A DNA stretch of 64,000 nt from Alphaproteobacteria bacterium. GTDB taxonomy: Bacteria; Pseudomonadota; Alphaproteobacteria; ATCC43930; CGMCC-115725. Of the stretch, positions 41,286 through 49,919 are shown piece after piece. Numbering within the stretch: position 1 is the first letter of the stretch; each line of letters begins with the position of its first letter. Below the pieces are notes generated by a model that was not told where the DNA came from, made no database searches, and was given only the letters and a program-made list of their open reading frames with translations. The DNA is taken from positions 11,640 to 75,639 of the forward strand of contig JASHOB010000037.1 in the NCBI GenBank assembly GCA_030041335.1. The letters are read 5' to 3'. Both the position numbers and the translations under genes were made by a program.

Positions 41286-42929
41286 ATGGATGGTCTGAGG
41301 AGGGCAGCGCGTTCGATCCGGTCGGAAGCGCGAGCGATGTTGCTTGGCGTTGCCATCGGCATGTTCGGATTGGCGACGGTGGCAGGTGCTCAGACCGGCG
41401 CGACAAATCCCGCCGCGGGAGCGGCTAAAATGAAATGTGCCGACCTCGTCGGGCTGACGATCCCCGGCTCAACCATGGTTATCACGAAGGCGACCGCGAT
41501 GCCGGCAGCGGCGCCAAACACGGTACTTTACATGCCGCCGGCGCCAATGACCGTCGGCGTCGCGATGCCACCTTACTGTCGCGCCGAGGGCGAGATCGAC
41601 AAGCGCGTCGGCGTTGGCGGCAAGCCCTATGCCATCGGCTTCGCCATAGCGCTGCCCGACCGTTGGGGCGGCCGCTTCCTCTATCAGGGCGGCGGTGGCT
41701 TGAACGGCACAATCGCGCCGCCGTTCGGCATGGTCGCGGCGGGCGGCCGCCCGGCGCTGGCGCGTGGTTTTGCCGTGGTCTCGACCGACAGCGGGCACAA
41801 GGGCGCGGTGTTCGACGCCTCGTTCTTCGCCGACCAGGAAGCGACCCTCAATTTTGCCAGTGCTTCCGTCGGCAAGGTGACCCAGACGGCCAAGGCGATT
41901 ATCGCCGCCTATTACGGCGCGCCCCCGAAACATTCCTATTTCACCGGCTGCTCGACCGGCGGCCGCGAGGGCATGCTGGCATCGGAACGCTATCCCGAGG
42001 ATTTCGACGGCATCGTCTCGGGCGATCCGGCGATGAATACCGGCTTGTCCAATCTCGGTCTTGCCTGGTTCAACTATCAGATGACGCAGATCGCGCCGAA
42101 AGACGCGTCGGGCACGCCGCAGCCGGACAAGGCATTCTCCGCTGCCGACCGCAAGCTCGTGGTCGACGGCATCCTCGAAACGTGCGACGCAGCTGATGGC
42201 ATCAGGGACGGGATGATCTTCAATCCGAAGCAATGTCATTTCGACCCAGCGGTGCTGCAATGCCATAGTGGTAAGACCGACGCCTGCCTCTCGCCGCAAC
42301 AGGTCAATGCGTTGAAAAAAGCTTTCGCCGGACCGAAGAATTCCCGCGGCACACAGGTCTATCCGCCGTTCCCTTGGGATACCGGCATCGCCGCGCACGG
42401 CTTCATCCCCGGAATCCTCACTAGCGCCGGCAGCAGTCCCGTCAACGCGAAGGCTTATCCAACGATCGATGTCGACGCGATCGAGGATGCCGTCGGGGCC
42501 AATGGGGTGACGCAGCTCACCAACACGGTGCGATGGACCAATCTAACCAGCTATTTCGCCCACGGCGGGAAGATCCTCTATTTCCACGGCTGGAGCGATC
42601 CGTGGTTCTCGGCACTGGACACGCTGCAATATTACGAGCGCATGGCAAAGGATTCGGGCGGGCTTGACAAGGTGCGGGCGCAATCGAGCCGCGTCTTCTT
42701 CGTTCCTGGTATGGGCCATTGCGGTGGCGGCCCAGCCACGCTCGATAATTTCGATCTGTTGGCCGCTGTGGTCAATTGGGCTGAGAACGGCATGGCCCCG
42801 GATTACGTCATCGCCACCGGCCACGATCTCCCGGGCCGCTCGCGTCCGCTTTGCGCCTGGCCGCAACACGCACAGTACAAGGGCTCGGGCAACGCCGACG
42901 CCGCCGCCAACTTCACCTGCCAAGATTGA
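41286..42929 (+). CDS. tannase/feruloyl esterase family alpha/beta hydrolase, secreted
   Basis: Signal peptide-like AMLLGVAIGMFGLATVAGAQT. Nucleophile context YFTGCSTGGREG. Multiple conserved Cys. Start 41286 or TTG 41262. Confidence 0.8.
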   Translation: MDGLRRAARSIRSEARAMLLGVAIGMFGLATVAGAQTGATNPAAGAAKMKCADLVGLTIPGSTMVITKATAMPAAAPNTVLYMPPAPMTVGVAMPPYCRAEGEIDKRVGVGGKPYAIGFAIALPDRWGGRFLYQGGGGLNGTIAPPFGMVAAGGRPALARGFAVVSTDSGHKGAVFDASFFADQEATLNFASASVGKVTQTAKAIIAAYYGAPPKHSYFTGCSTGGREGMLASERYPEDFDGIVSGDPAMNTGLSNLGLAWFNYQMTQIAPKDASGTPQPDKAFSAADRKLVVDGILETCDAADGIRDGMIFNPKQCHFDPAVLQCHSGKTDACLSPQQVNALKKAFAGPKNSRGTQVYPPFPWDTGIAAHGFIPGILTSAGSSPVNAKAYPTIDVDAIEDAVGANGVTQLTNTVRWTNLTSYFAHGGKILYFHGWSDPWFSALDTLQYYERMAKDSGGLDKVRAQSSRVFFVPGMGHCGGGPATLDNFDLLAAVVNWAENGMAPDYVIATGHDLPGRSRPLCAWPQHAQYKGSGNADAAANFTCQD

Positions 42930-43183
42930 GATTTCTGTGATTGCCGAGTAATCCCGCTTGGCAAACCTCGGCCGGTCGATATCGGGCGATCAGCCCCGGT
43001 TGGTTCTGCTTCCAGCCAGGAGCGCCCAGGTAAGCGCATTCAAGCTCGGGAGGAGGCCCAGCCAAGCGAACCCGGTCAATCGCCCGAAATCCCTACTGCT
43101 TCCTTGGGGTGCTTAGCATGAAACGAATGGCTCATTTCGATAAAACGGACGCGCTTCTACCGTCGTCCGCCCTGGTGACCCGC

Positions 43184-44195
43184 TCATCGCAGCGTTCCCG
43201 TTAACTCGAAGGGCCAGCCGGACCCGGCAATTCCTACAAAAGACCGTGGTTGCGATAATAGGTCAATGCCGCTGAAGCCAGGGAATGGAGGTCGCGGCGA
43301 TCCTTTGGGATCCAATGGATACGTGATGGGGGTGTCTTGCGGCGGTATATGCCGATACTGGCTCTCGATAAGGTCCGGCGTTTCGCAGAGCAATGCCGCG
43401 ATCGTGTAGGCGATGTCGTCCGGCAGATCATCCCGGCAGAACAGCAGGAAATCGGAAAAGTCCAGCGCCAGGAACGGCGCGGCAGGATTGGGGAAACGGT
43501 CCTGTGGAACGATTGCACGGCGCCAGCCAAAAGGCGCGCTCGACGGTGTTTAGGGCAGTTTCCTCAAAAGGAATGAAGTTCATCGATCGTGCAATACACA
43601 ACTCCTTCCAGTGAGGCGTCATCACCGCCTCGAATAGCACGGCGTCGGCCTCGCCGCGCGTCCGCCAGAGGTATGGTATCCCAAGGCCCTTCGCCGAAAA
43701 GCATTTTGCCACCCCAGGATTAAATCGCCGCGGGCGTGGCGCCAGATGCTTCGAGCAGGCGGTGGGCGGCAAATCCGGTCATGTTGACCCCGTCATCCGG
43801 AGCCGTGGCAAGGTGCAGCTTCGGTCGTTTGGCCCGAAGCTCAGCGAAACTCGAAATACCGAAATGAGCATCAATTGCTAGCACCAGCCGATCGTCTTGC
43901 GGCAAGGTTGCGAATGCGCGCAACCGCGTCACATCGGGTCGCCGGCAGATTCCCTTGCCATCGAACACGGTTGGCGCGAAGCCCGCCGGCACAAATAGGC
44001 AATCTGCACCTCGCCATCCAGTATCGCTTCAATCGTGTCGGTTCCGCCGCGCCCGGCCCAGGTCGCGAACTTGGAGCCCGACGGCGATCGGCGCCACAAC
44101 TCGGCGCTGATCCAGCCGCAGATTCGGTGCAGATTGGCAATGCCCCAATCGCCCATCATATGGAGCGTGATGGAGCGTTCGATCCGGGCTTCCAT
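43184..44195 (-). pseudogene. frameshifted TAXI/NMT1-like solute-binding-domain gene
   Basis: Protein-like segments continue across at least 4 frame changes: MEARIERSITLHMMGDWG...EVQIAYL / PAGFAPTVFDGKG...HRLLEASGATPAAI / ...RGEADAVLFEAVMTPHWKEL...ERAFW / ...FLALDFSDFLLFCRDDLPDDIAYTIAALLCETPDL... / ...LHSLASAALTYYRNHGLL*. All neighbouring genes are intact. Confidence 0.5.
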
Positions 44196-44236
44196 TGTCG
44201 GCGCCTTTGACTTCGGTGCCGTGAGGGTATAGCCTC

Positions 44237-44259
44237 AATTAGTAGATATCTATCTAATT
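44237..44259. promoter_or_regulatory. candidate MarR operator, AT-rich imperfect palindrome AATTAGTAGATATCTATCTAATT
   Basis: Read directly. It is centred on GATATC and ends 12 bp upstream of the MarR ATG, within the 75-bp divergent spacer to the pseudogene. Confidence 0.45.
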
Positions 44260-44270
44260 GTCGACTTGCG

Positions 44271-44816
44271 ATGAAAAACCTCCGCGCTGTCTCAAAGCCG
44301 GTCATGCCCGCCGCAAACGACGACCTCGTCCCACTGGCGCGCAGCGTAGGCTATCACATTCGCCAGCTTGCCGAGACTTGGCAGGACGCAATGGATGTTG
44401 CGGCGGCGGCCCACGGCGTGACAATCAGCCAGTGGCGCTATCTACGCGAGCTGTGGGAAGAAGACGGATTGTCGACCGGCGAGCTCACCCGTCGCGTCGG
44501 TCGTCAAGGTCCAACGACGGTGGTCGCGGTGCGTCTGCTCGAACGGGAAAGCCTGGTCACGGTTGTCAAGTCTGACGTCGACCACCGGCGGAGCGTCATT
44601 CGTTTGACGCCACGCGGGCGGCGCCTTGCTGCGACCATGGCGCCGCTGATCCGCGCCGTGAACGAACACGCGATGTCTGATTTGTCCGACGCCGAGATTC
44701 GCGCTTTCAAGCGACTAGTTGTCCGGATCCAACGCCGACTCAATGCTGAACGGCACGAACGCAACGAGTGGGCGGAGATGCGGACAGACGGGTTGGCTCA
44801 GGAGGTCGGGCTCTAG
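44271..44816 (+). CDS. MarR family transcriptional regulator
   Basis: 181 aa. wHTH region ISQWRYLRELWEEDGLSTGELTRRVGRQGPTTVVAVRLLERESLVTVVKSDVDHRRSVIRLTPRG. Confidence 0.9.
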   Translation: MKNLRAVSKPVMPAANDDLVPLARSVGYHIRQLAETWQDAMDVAAAAHGVTISQWRYLRELWEEDGLSTGELTRRVGRQGPTTVVAVRLLERESLVTVVKSDVDHRRSVIRLTPRGRRLAATMAPLIRAVNEHAMSDLSDAEIRAFKRLVVRIQRRLNAERHERNEWAEMRTDGLAQEVGL

Positions 44817-44835
44817 AACCATCAGGGAGGAGCAT

Positions 44836-45117
44836 ATGCCGCAATTCATCACCATCCATCGCGCGCCGGGACTGAAGCGCGAGGAGTTGGCACAAAACGC
44901 GCCGCAAGTGGTCGGCGCGACGATCGCCAAATTCGAGCATCTCTACGTTAACATCGCGTCGGGCTTCATCGTCTCGGTGTTTGAGGCCGACACCAAAGAG
45001 CAAGTCGAAGAGCAGATGGAGGTACTCGGTTTTCCCGTCGATGAGATGCATGAAGTGCATTTCAGTCAGTCGCGCGCCGAGATGGAGCGAATGCTCAAAC
45101 AAGATAGCAACAACTGA
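44836..45117 (+). CDS. DUF4242-like small ferredoxin-fold protein
   Basis: Start MPQFITIHRAPGLKREELAQ follows a GGGAGGAG RBS. 93 aa. The pattern (MPxF...PG...EE..., central Y/V-rich strands, C-terminal GFP...EV) matches my memory of the DUF4242/SCO4226-like family. Confidence 0.55.
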   Translation: MPQFITIHRAPGLKREELAQNAPQVVGATIAKFEHLYVNIASGFIVSVFEADTKEQVEEQMEVLGFPVDEMHEVHFSQSRAEMERMLKQDSNN

Positions 45118-45118
45118 G

Positions 45119-45811
45119 ATGGGAGACGTGCTCGTGACCGAGGATAATCCTGTCATTCCGCCGCCGCGTCGGGACCGACCGCCCCTCAAGGTCAACGTCT
45201 TCGAAGCGATGCAACACAGCAACACCCAGTTGATGCCGCTCTTTCCCTATCTTCATCCAGGCGCAATGGTGCCTGCGGGCGCCATGATCATCGGTGGCCC
45301 CAATGCGGATTATGGCCATTTCTTCCACCACAACACGCAGGACGAGGTGGTCCTTGCGTTGGCTGCCAACGGGGCGGTGCTGGGGACCGGCCAGGTCTTC
45401 GTCGGTGCGCGGATTCACGGCGTCAACTCCTTCCTCAAAAAAGAGAAGGACGCGAAATCCTTCGCCATCATGGTCATCACTCAGCGGCAAGCGGAAAGCG
45501 GTCCGCAAAGGGAGGCCTGCAGCCTCCGCTGTGAGAAATGCCACGAGGAGATCTATCTGAAGGAATTTGATGCGACGCCGCCGCCCGACGCGTTGGAGGG
45601 CGAGCATCCCTTCGTCTCCGTCGCGGTGTTGCCGGAGCTTTTCGCGGACTTCAACAATGACGAAGCACGCCGGGTCTGTACCAAATGCGGCCATCTGAAC
45701 CGGCCTTTCCCGGTGGCGTCATGGGGCTGGGATAGGTATGCCACGCAAAGCGCCACGACGATCGCCGGCCGCCAGGCACTGAAGCAGGCGACCCAGACAC
45801 CAATCAAATAG
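45119..45811 (+). CDS. 3-hydroxyanthranilate-3,4-dioxygenase-like cupin, divergent long form (cupin A)
   Basis: 230 aa. Its start lies 1 nt after the upstream stop. Cupin core HFFHHNTQDEVVLALAANG...GARIHGV. Two CxxC pairs (RCEKC ... VCTKCG) like the rubredoxin-type site of bacterial HAO. Confidence 0.7.
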   Translation: MGDVLVTEDNPVIPPPRRDRPPLKVNVFEAMQHSNTQLMPLFPYLHPGAMVPAGAMIIGGPNADYGHFFHHNTQDEVVLALAANGAVLGTGQVFVGARIHGVNSFLKKEKDAKSFAIMVITQRQAESGPQREACSLRCEKCHEEIYLKEFDATPPPDALEGEHPFVSVAVLPELFADFNNDEARRVCTKCGHLNRPFPVASWGWDRYATQSATTIAGRQALKQATQTPIK

Positions 45812-45818
45812 GTGTCGC

Positions 45819-46385
45819 ATGCCGCGCAAGAAGACATTCCAGGCGATGCGGGAAGCCGAGAAGGTCGGCCCCTACGACGACATGCCGATGCTACCTCAGG
45901 ACCTCCAGCTTCAGGTACACCTGTCCCGTAACGACCGACCGCAGCCGTTCCATCAGATCTTCGAGAAGGACACGCTGTTGTTTCTGCTCTCGGGCAGCGG
46001 AACGGTGGAAATGAAGGACTCGCCGGTCGCCCGCTTCACGATCAGGCCCGGCGATTGCGTCTATGTCCCGGCGGGCGTGCCGCATCGCATCGTGCCAGAT
46101 GAGGAGAGCGTGATGCTGCGCTACAAGCCCCAGCCTGCGGGCCTCGAAGGCATGGTCTGGTACTGCGCCGATTGCAACACCGAACTGTATCGGAGGGCGT
46201 GGAATGCCGACACGGCCGTGTCGCAAGCCATGTTCCACGAGGCGAGCCATGAATTTGGAGCGACGCCAAGCCGGCGCAAATGCCCCAAATGTGGCGTGAT
46301 GCATCCGCCACCGGATCTTAAAGGGTTTCGCTGGACTGAAGTGGCGCAAGACCTCAAGCGATCGGCCGCGGCCACCGCGCCATGA
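45819..46385 (+). CDS. 3-hydroxyanthranilate-3,4-dioxygenase-like cupin (cupin B)
   Basis: 188 aa. FHQIFEKDTLLFLLSGSG, GDCVYVPAGVPHRIVP, PQPAGLEGMVWYCADCNTEL and RRKCPKCGVMHPP align closely by eye with the Ralstonia/Cupriavidus HAO segments YHDDPLEEFFYQLRGNA, GDIFLLPPHVRHSPQRP, RPAGMLDGFEWYCDACGHL and RRCPHCGQVHPG (from memory). Confidence 0.75.
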   Translation: MPRKKTFQAMREAEKVGPYDDMPMLPQDLQLQVHLSRNDRPQPFHQIFEKDTLLFLLSGSGTVEMKDSPVARFTIRPGDCVYVPAGVPHRIVPDEESVMLRYKPQPAGLEGMVWYCADCNTELYRRAWNADTAVSQAMFHEASHEFGATPSRRKCPKCGVMHPPPDLKGFRWTEVAQDLKRSAAATAP

Positions 46386-47572
46386 GTTCAAAAATCGCCA
46401 CGACAAGCGACGCGGAACTGGTGGCGCGCGCCGAGCGATTGGTGCCGGAATTGCGCGAGCGGGTGGCTACTGCCGAGCGCCTGCGGCGCCTGCCGGACGA
46501 GAATGTAGCGGCGGTACGGTCGGCGGGCCTGTTCAAGGTTTTGCAACCAAGGTCGTTCGGAGGCCATCAGGCATCGCTGCGGACCCACATTGACGTCGTC
46601 GCCACTCTGGCGCGCGGCTGTGCCGCGACGGGATGGTGTGCCGGTGTGATACACGCCCATTCATGGCTCATGGGTTTGTTTCCCTGGCAAGCCCAGGAGG
46701 ATGCCTACGGCAGCGATCCCGATACCATCATCTCGGCGGTTATCTCGCCGCGCGGCGCCGCCAAACGGGTCGAAGGCGGCTATCTGCTTAGCGGCGCCTG
46801 GACCTTCTGCTCCGGCTGCGAGCACGCGCGATTCCTGTTGCTCGGCGCCGCGGTACAAGACGATGCGGGGGCGAACGTCGACGAAGGCGATCTCCTGGTC
46901 CCGGTAGGGGACGTCACGATCAAAGACGACTGGAATGTCATCGGTCTACGCGGCACCGGAAGCTGCAGCATCGTTGCCGAAAATGTCTTCGTGCCCGGGC
47001 ACCGTTATCTTTCGCTGCCCGCCGCGATCGCTGGCAAGGCGCCCGGCATCGAACAGCAGCAGGGCTGGCTCTATCGGGCCGCTGCGGTTCCGGTCCTGGC
47101 GCTGGCGATCACGCCGGCGGCCTTGGGAATTGCCGAGGCCGCGCTGACGACCTTCATGCAAGGGCTTCGTGGCCGCAAAGTCGCTTACACCCAACACGAG
47201 ATTCAGCGGGACATGCCGGTCACCCATTTGCAGGTTGCCGACGCGGCGACCAAGATCGCCACGGCCCGCCTCGTCTTATGCCATTGCGCAGATGAGATTG
47301 AAGCGGCGGCCCGCGTCGGGGACACCATGGCGTTCAGAAAGCGCGCTCGCGTCCGCATGGACTGCGCATGGTCGGTGCGCCTTTGTGTCGAAGGCATCGA
47401 GATCCTGATGCTGGCCTCCGGCGGCTCCGGCATCTCCGAAAACAACGCTGTGCAGCGCGCTTGGCGCGACCTTCACGCCATCAATATGCACGGCCTGCTC
47501 AACCTCGAGACCAATCAGGAAATGTATGGGCGTGTCTTGCTCGGGCTGAAGCCAAACACCCCCTTGATCTGA
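46382..47572 (+). CDS. acyl-CoA-dehydrogenase-fold flavin-dependent monooxygenase, oxygenase component (paralog of 27231..28415)
   Basis: 396 aa. ATGA overlap with cupin B. ...ATAERLRRLPDENVAAVRSAGLFKVLQPRSFGG, YLLSGAWTFCSG, GLRGTGS. Confidence 0.8.
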   Translation: MSSKIATTSDAELVARAERLVPELRERVATAERLRRLPDENVAAVRSAGLFKVLQPRSFGGHQASLRTHIDVVATLARGCAATGWCAGVIHAHSWLMGLFPWQAQEDAYGSDPDTIISAVISPRGAAKRVEGGYLLSGAWTFCSGCEHARFLLLGAAVQDDAGANVDEGDLLVPVGDVTIKDDWNVIGLRGTGSCSIVAENVFVPGHRYLSLPAAIAGKAPGIEQQQGWLYRAAAVPVLALAITPAALGIAEAALTTFMQGLRGRKVAYTQHEIQRDMPVTHLQVADAATKIATARLVLCHCADEIEAAARVGDTMAFRKRARVRMDCAWSVRLCVEGIEILMLASGGSGISENNAVQRAWRDLHAINMHGLLNLETNQEMYGRVLLGLKPNTPLI

Positions 47573-47984
47573 GGGTCGAGCGATCTCTTCAACTCGAGCC
47601 AGCAATCGGCCGGCCGTAACCCGCCACGACAAGAAAGAGCGGACTGGAGGAGGTGGCATCGAGGATTTGCCGAAACCGCTACTTGCGCGGGCGTACGCTC
47701 TGAAATCGCCACGACTGGGTCGCGTGAGATGCTTTTTGGGTCGCCGGTGCGCGCTCGGCTTTCCCATGCGGTGCCGGCTTGTCGCCGCTCGGTCGTTTTT
47801 CTCGAGTTCTTCGAGCGCAGCCGCGGAATAGTAGCTCCCGCCTCGAACCACGCCGTAGAGTCTGCTGAGACTTTTAGACGCAGCGGAGCTGGTCGGCATC
47901 GAGATTGCCGACCGTAGCGGAATAGATCGCGGCAGTGCGCGCACCTGGCGCGTCCGCCGCGTTGAAGCAGCCTGAAAACTATGA

Positions 47985-48017
47985 AACGTTGACGTATCAC
48001 TGTGATACGGATACGTT
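47985..48017. promoter_or_regulatory. candidate TetR operator: 33-bp palindrome with perfect core GTATCAC-T-GTGATAC
   Basis: Read directly: AACGTTGACGTATCAC T GTGATACGGATACGTT (13 of 16 positions symmetric). It ends 30 bp upstream of the MFS ATG. The TetR gene is the second gene of that operon. Confidence 0.5.
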
Positions 48018-48046
48018 CTATACCAGTCGAAGACGCGCAGGGGTGC

Positions 48047-49285
48047 ATGTCCGACCGATTGATGCCGCTCGCCTCATCCCCTCGAACCGGTGGCTTGTTC
48101 CGTGATCCGCCTTTCCAGCTTTATTTCTGGTCACGCGGCTTTTCGGAATTTTCGCACCAGATTGCTGCCATCGCTTTGAGCTGGCAGGTCTATACGCTGA
48201 CCCGGAGCGCGTTCGACCTCGGTCTCGTCGGTTTGATGGAATTCATCCCGACAGCTCTCCTGGTGTTCATCGCGGGGCACGTCGCGGATCGCTTCGACCG
48301 CAGGCGCTTGGTGCAATCTTGCCAGGTCGTCGCCGGACTGACGGCGATATTTTTGGCGTGGGGCACCTTCGGAGGTTGGCTCACCGTGCACGAAATCTTC
48401 GCGGCGGTTGCGGTGCTCGGCACCGTGATCGCCTTCGAAAGCCCGGCAGTGGCGGCCTTGCTGCCCGGCGTCGTGCCGGACGGTATGCTTCAGAAGGGCA
48501 CCGCGCTCTCCACCAGCGCTTTCCAAGTGGCCGCGATCGGAGGTCCGGCTTTGGGCGGCGTCGTCTATGCGGTGGCACCCGGCGCGCCATACACGGTAAT
48601 GGCCGCATGCTGGCTGTTGGCGGCCATGTTGAACGGCGCGATCAAGCTGGATCGGCCGGTCCGCACCGGGGAATCGCCGACAGTGAGCGCGTTGTTCGCC
48701 GGCGTCCGGTTTGTGCGTGAAAGCCCGGCTATCCTGGGAACGATTTCGCTCGACTTATTCGCGGTCCTGCTCGGCGGCGCGACCACCCTGCTGCCGATCT
48801 ATGCCCGCGATATCCTTCATACCCAATCCTGGGGTCTCGGGGTGCTGCGCGCGGCGCCGGCCGTGGGCGCATTGGTGATGGCGGCGACGCTGGCGCGTCG
48901 TCCGATCACGCGCCGGGCGGGCCATCGTCTGTTCCATGCCGTGATCGTCTTCGGACTGGCGACTGTCGTGTTCGCGCTCTCTCGGTCGATGTGGCTCTCG
49001 GTCTTGGCACTCGGCGTTCTAGGTGCAGCCGATGCGGTGAGCATGGTGATCCGTATCGCACTCGTGCAGCTCGCCACTCCAGATGAAATGCGCGGCCGCG
49101 TCAGTGCGGTGAACTTCCTCTGCGTCAATGCCTCCTATCAGCTTGGCGGCTTCGAAAGCGGCATCACGGCTGCCCTCCTCGGCGCCGTTCCGGCGGCGGC
49201 GCTAGGCGGCATCGGAACCGTTGTTGTGGCGCTACTCTCGATGAAGTTATTCACAGCGCTGCGAGACGTGGACCAACTGGAATAG
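48047..49285 (+). CDS. MFS transporter (EntS/MFS_3-like efflux type)
   Basis: Start MSDRLMPLASS...FQLYFWSRGFSEFSHQIAAIALSW, 12-TM pattern. Confidence 0.8.
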   Translation: MSDRLMPLASSPRTGGLFRDPPFQLYFWSRGFSEFSHQIAAIALSWQVYTLTRSAFDLGLVGLMEFIPTALLVFIAGHVADRFDRRRLVQSCQVVAGLTAIFLAWGTFGGWLTVHEIFAAVAVLGTVIAFESPAVAALLPGVVPDGMLQKGTALSTSAFQVAAIGGPALGGVVYAVAPGAPYTVMAACWLLAAMLNGAIKLDRPVRTGESPTVSALFAGVRFVRESPAILGTISLDLFAVLLGGATTLLPIYARDILHTQSWGLGVLRAAPAVGALVMAATLARRPITRRAGHRLFHAVIVFGLATVVFALSRSMWLSVLALGVLGAADAVSMVIRIALVQLATPDEMRGRVSAVNFLCVNASYQLGGFESGITAALLGAVPAAALGGIGTVVVALLSMKLFTALRDVDQLE

Positions 49286-49303
49286 GGCAGGGATCCCGCG
49301 TCG

Positions 49304-49885
49304 ATGTCGCGCACGTCAACGGTCAAGCGGAGGGTCGATCCGCGCATCGAGCGGTCGCGTCAGGTGATCCTCGGTGCCGCACTCGAGGAACTGGGCAAGA
49401 TCGGCTATGGCGGCTTCACCATCGAATCGGTCGCGGTGCGCGCCGGCGTCGGCAAATCGACAATCTATCGGTATTGGCCTGACAAGCTCGCGCTTATCGC
49501 CGACGCGTTCCAGACTTTCCATGAGGATACGCTGCCCGATGTCAAAAGCGGCTCGGCGCGCGAAAAGGTCGCGCGGGTCCTACACCATGTCGCCGAAATC
49601 GTCGCAAGCTCGACATTCTCGTCCTGTATCCCGGCGCTCATCGATGCCGCCGAACGCGACGACAACTTGCGCAAGTTCTACATGAGATTCCAACGCGCCG
49701 CGCGCCGACCACTGATCAAGGTCATTGACGATGGCGTCGCGGACGGCAGGTTTCCTCCGCATATCGATCCGCAGCTTGCCGCCTTTGCTCTGCTTGGTGC
49801 GATCTTCTTCTGTCGATTGATGACGAGCAGACGGTTCGATCCAGATCATGTCGATGATCTGATCAATACTGTGCTGGGAACTTAG
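49304..49885 (+). CDS. TetR/AcrR family transcriptional regulator
   Basis: HTH GYGGFTIESVAVRAGVGKSTIYRYWPDK, 193 aa. Confidence 0.9.
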   Translation: MSRTSTVKRRVDPRIERSRQVILGAALEELGKIGYGGFTIESVAVRAGVGKSTIYRYWPDKLALIADAFQTFHEDTLPDVKSGSAREKVARVLHHVAEIVASSTFSSCIPALIDAAERDDNLRKFYMRFQRAARRPLIKVIDDGVADGRFPPHIDPQLAAFALLGAIFFCRLMTSRRFDPDHVDDLINTVLGT

Positions 49886-49919
49886 GCAAGCGCGAGCGGC
49901 CGCATACGAAAGGCAAGGT

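Noticed and set aside
47573-47984. About 410 bp after the second monooxygenase with minus-strand ORFs 47276..47944 and 47515..48048
   Set aside because: These ORFs run antisense into the monooxygenase gene, are Arg/Ser-rich and have no motif. I treat the region as non-coding spacer plus the MFS promoter.
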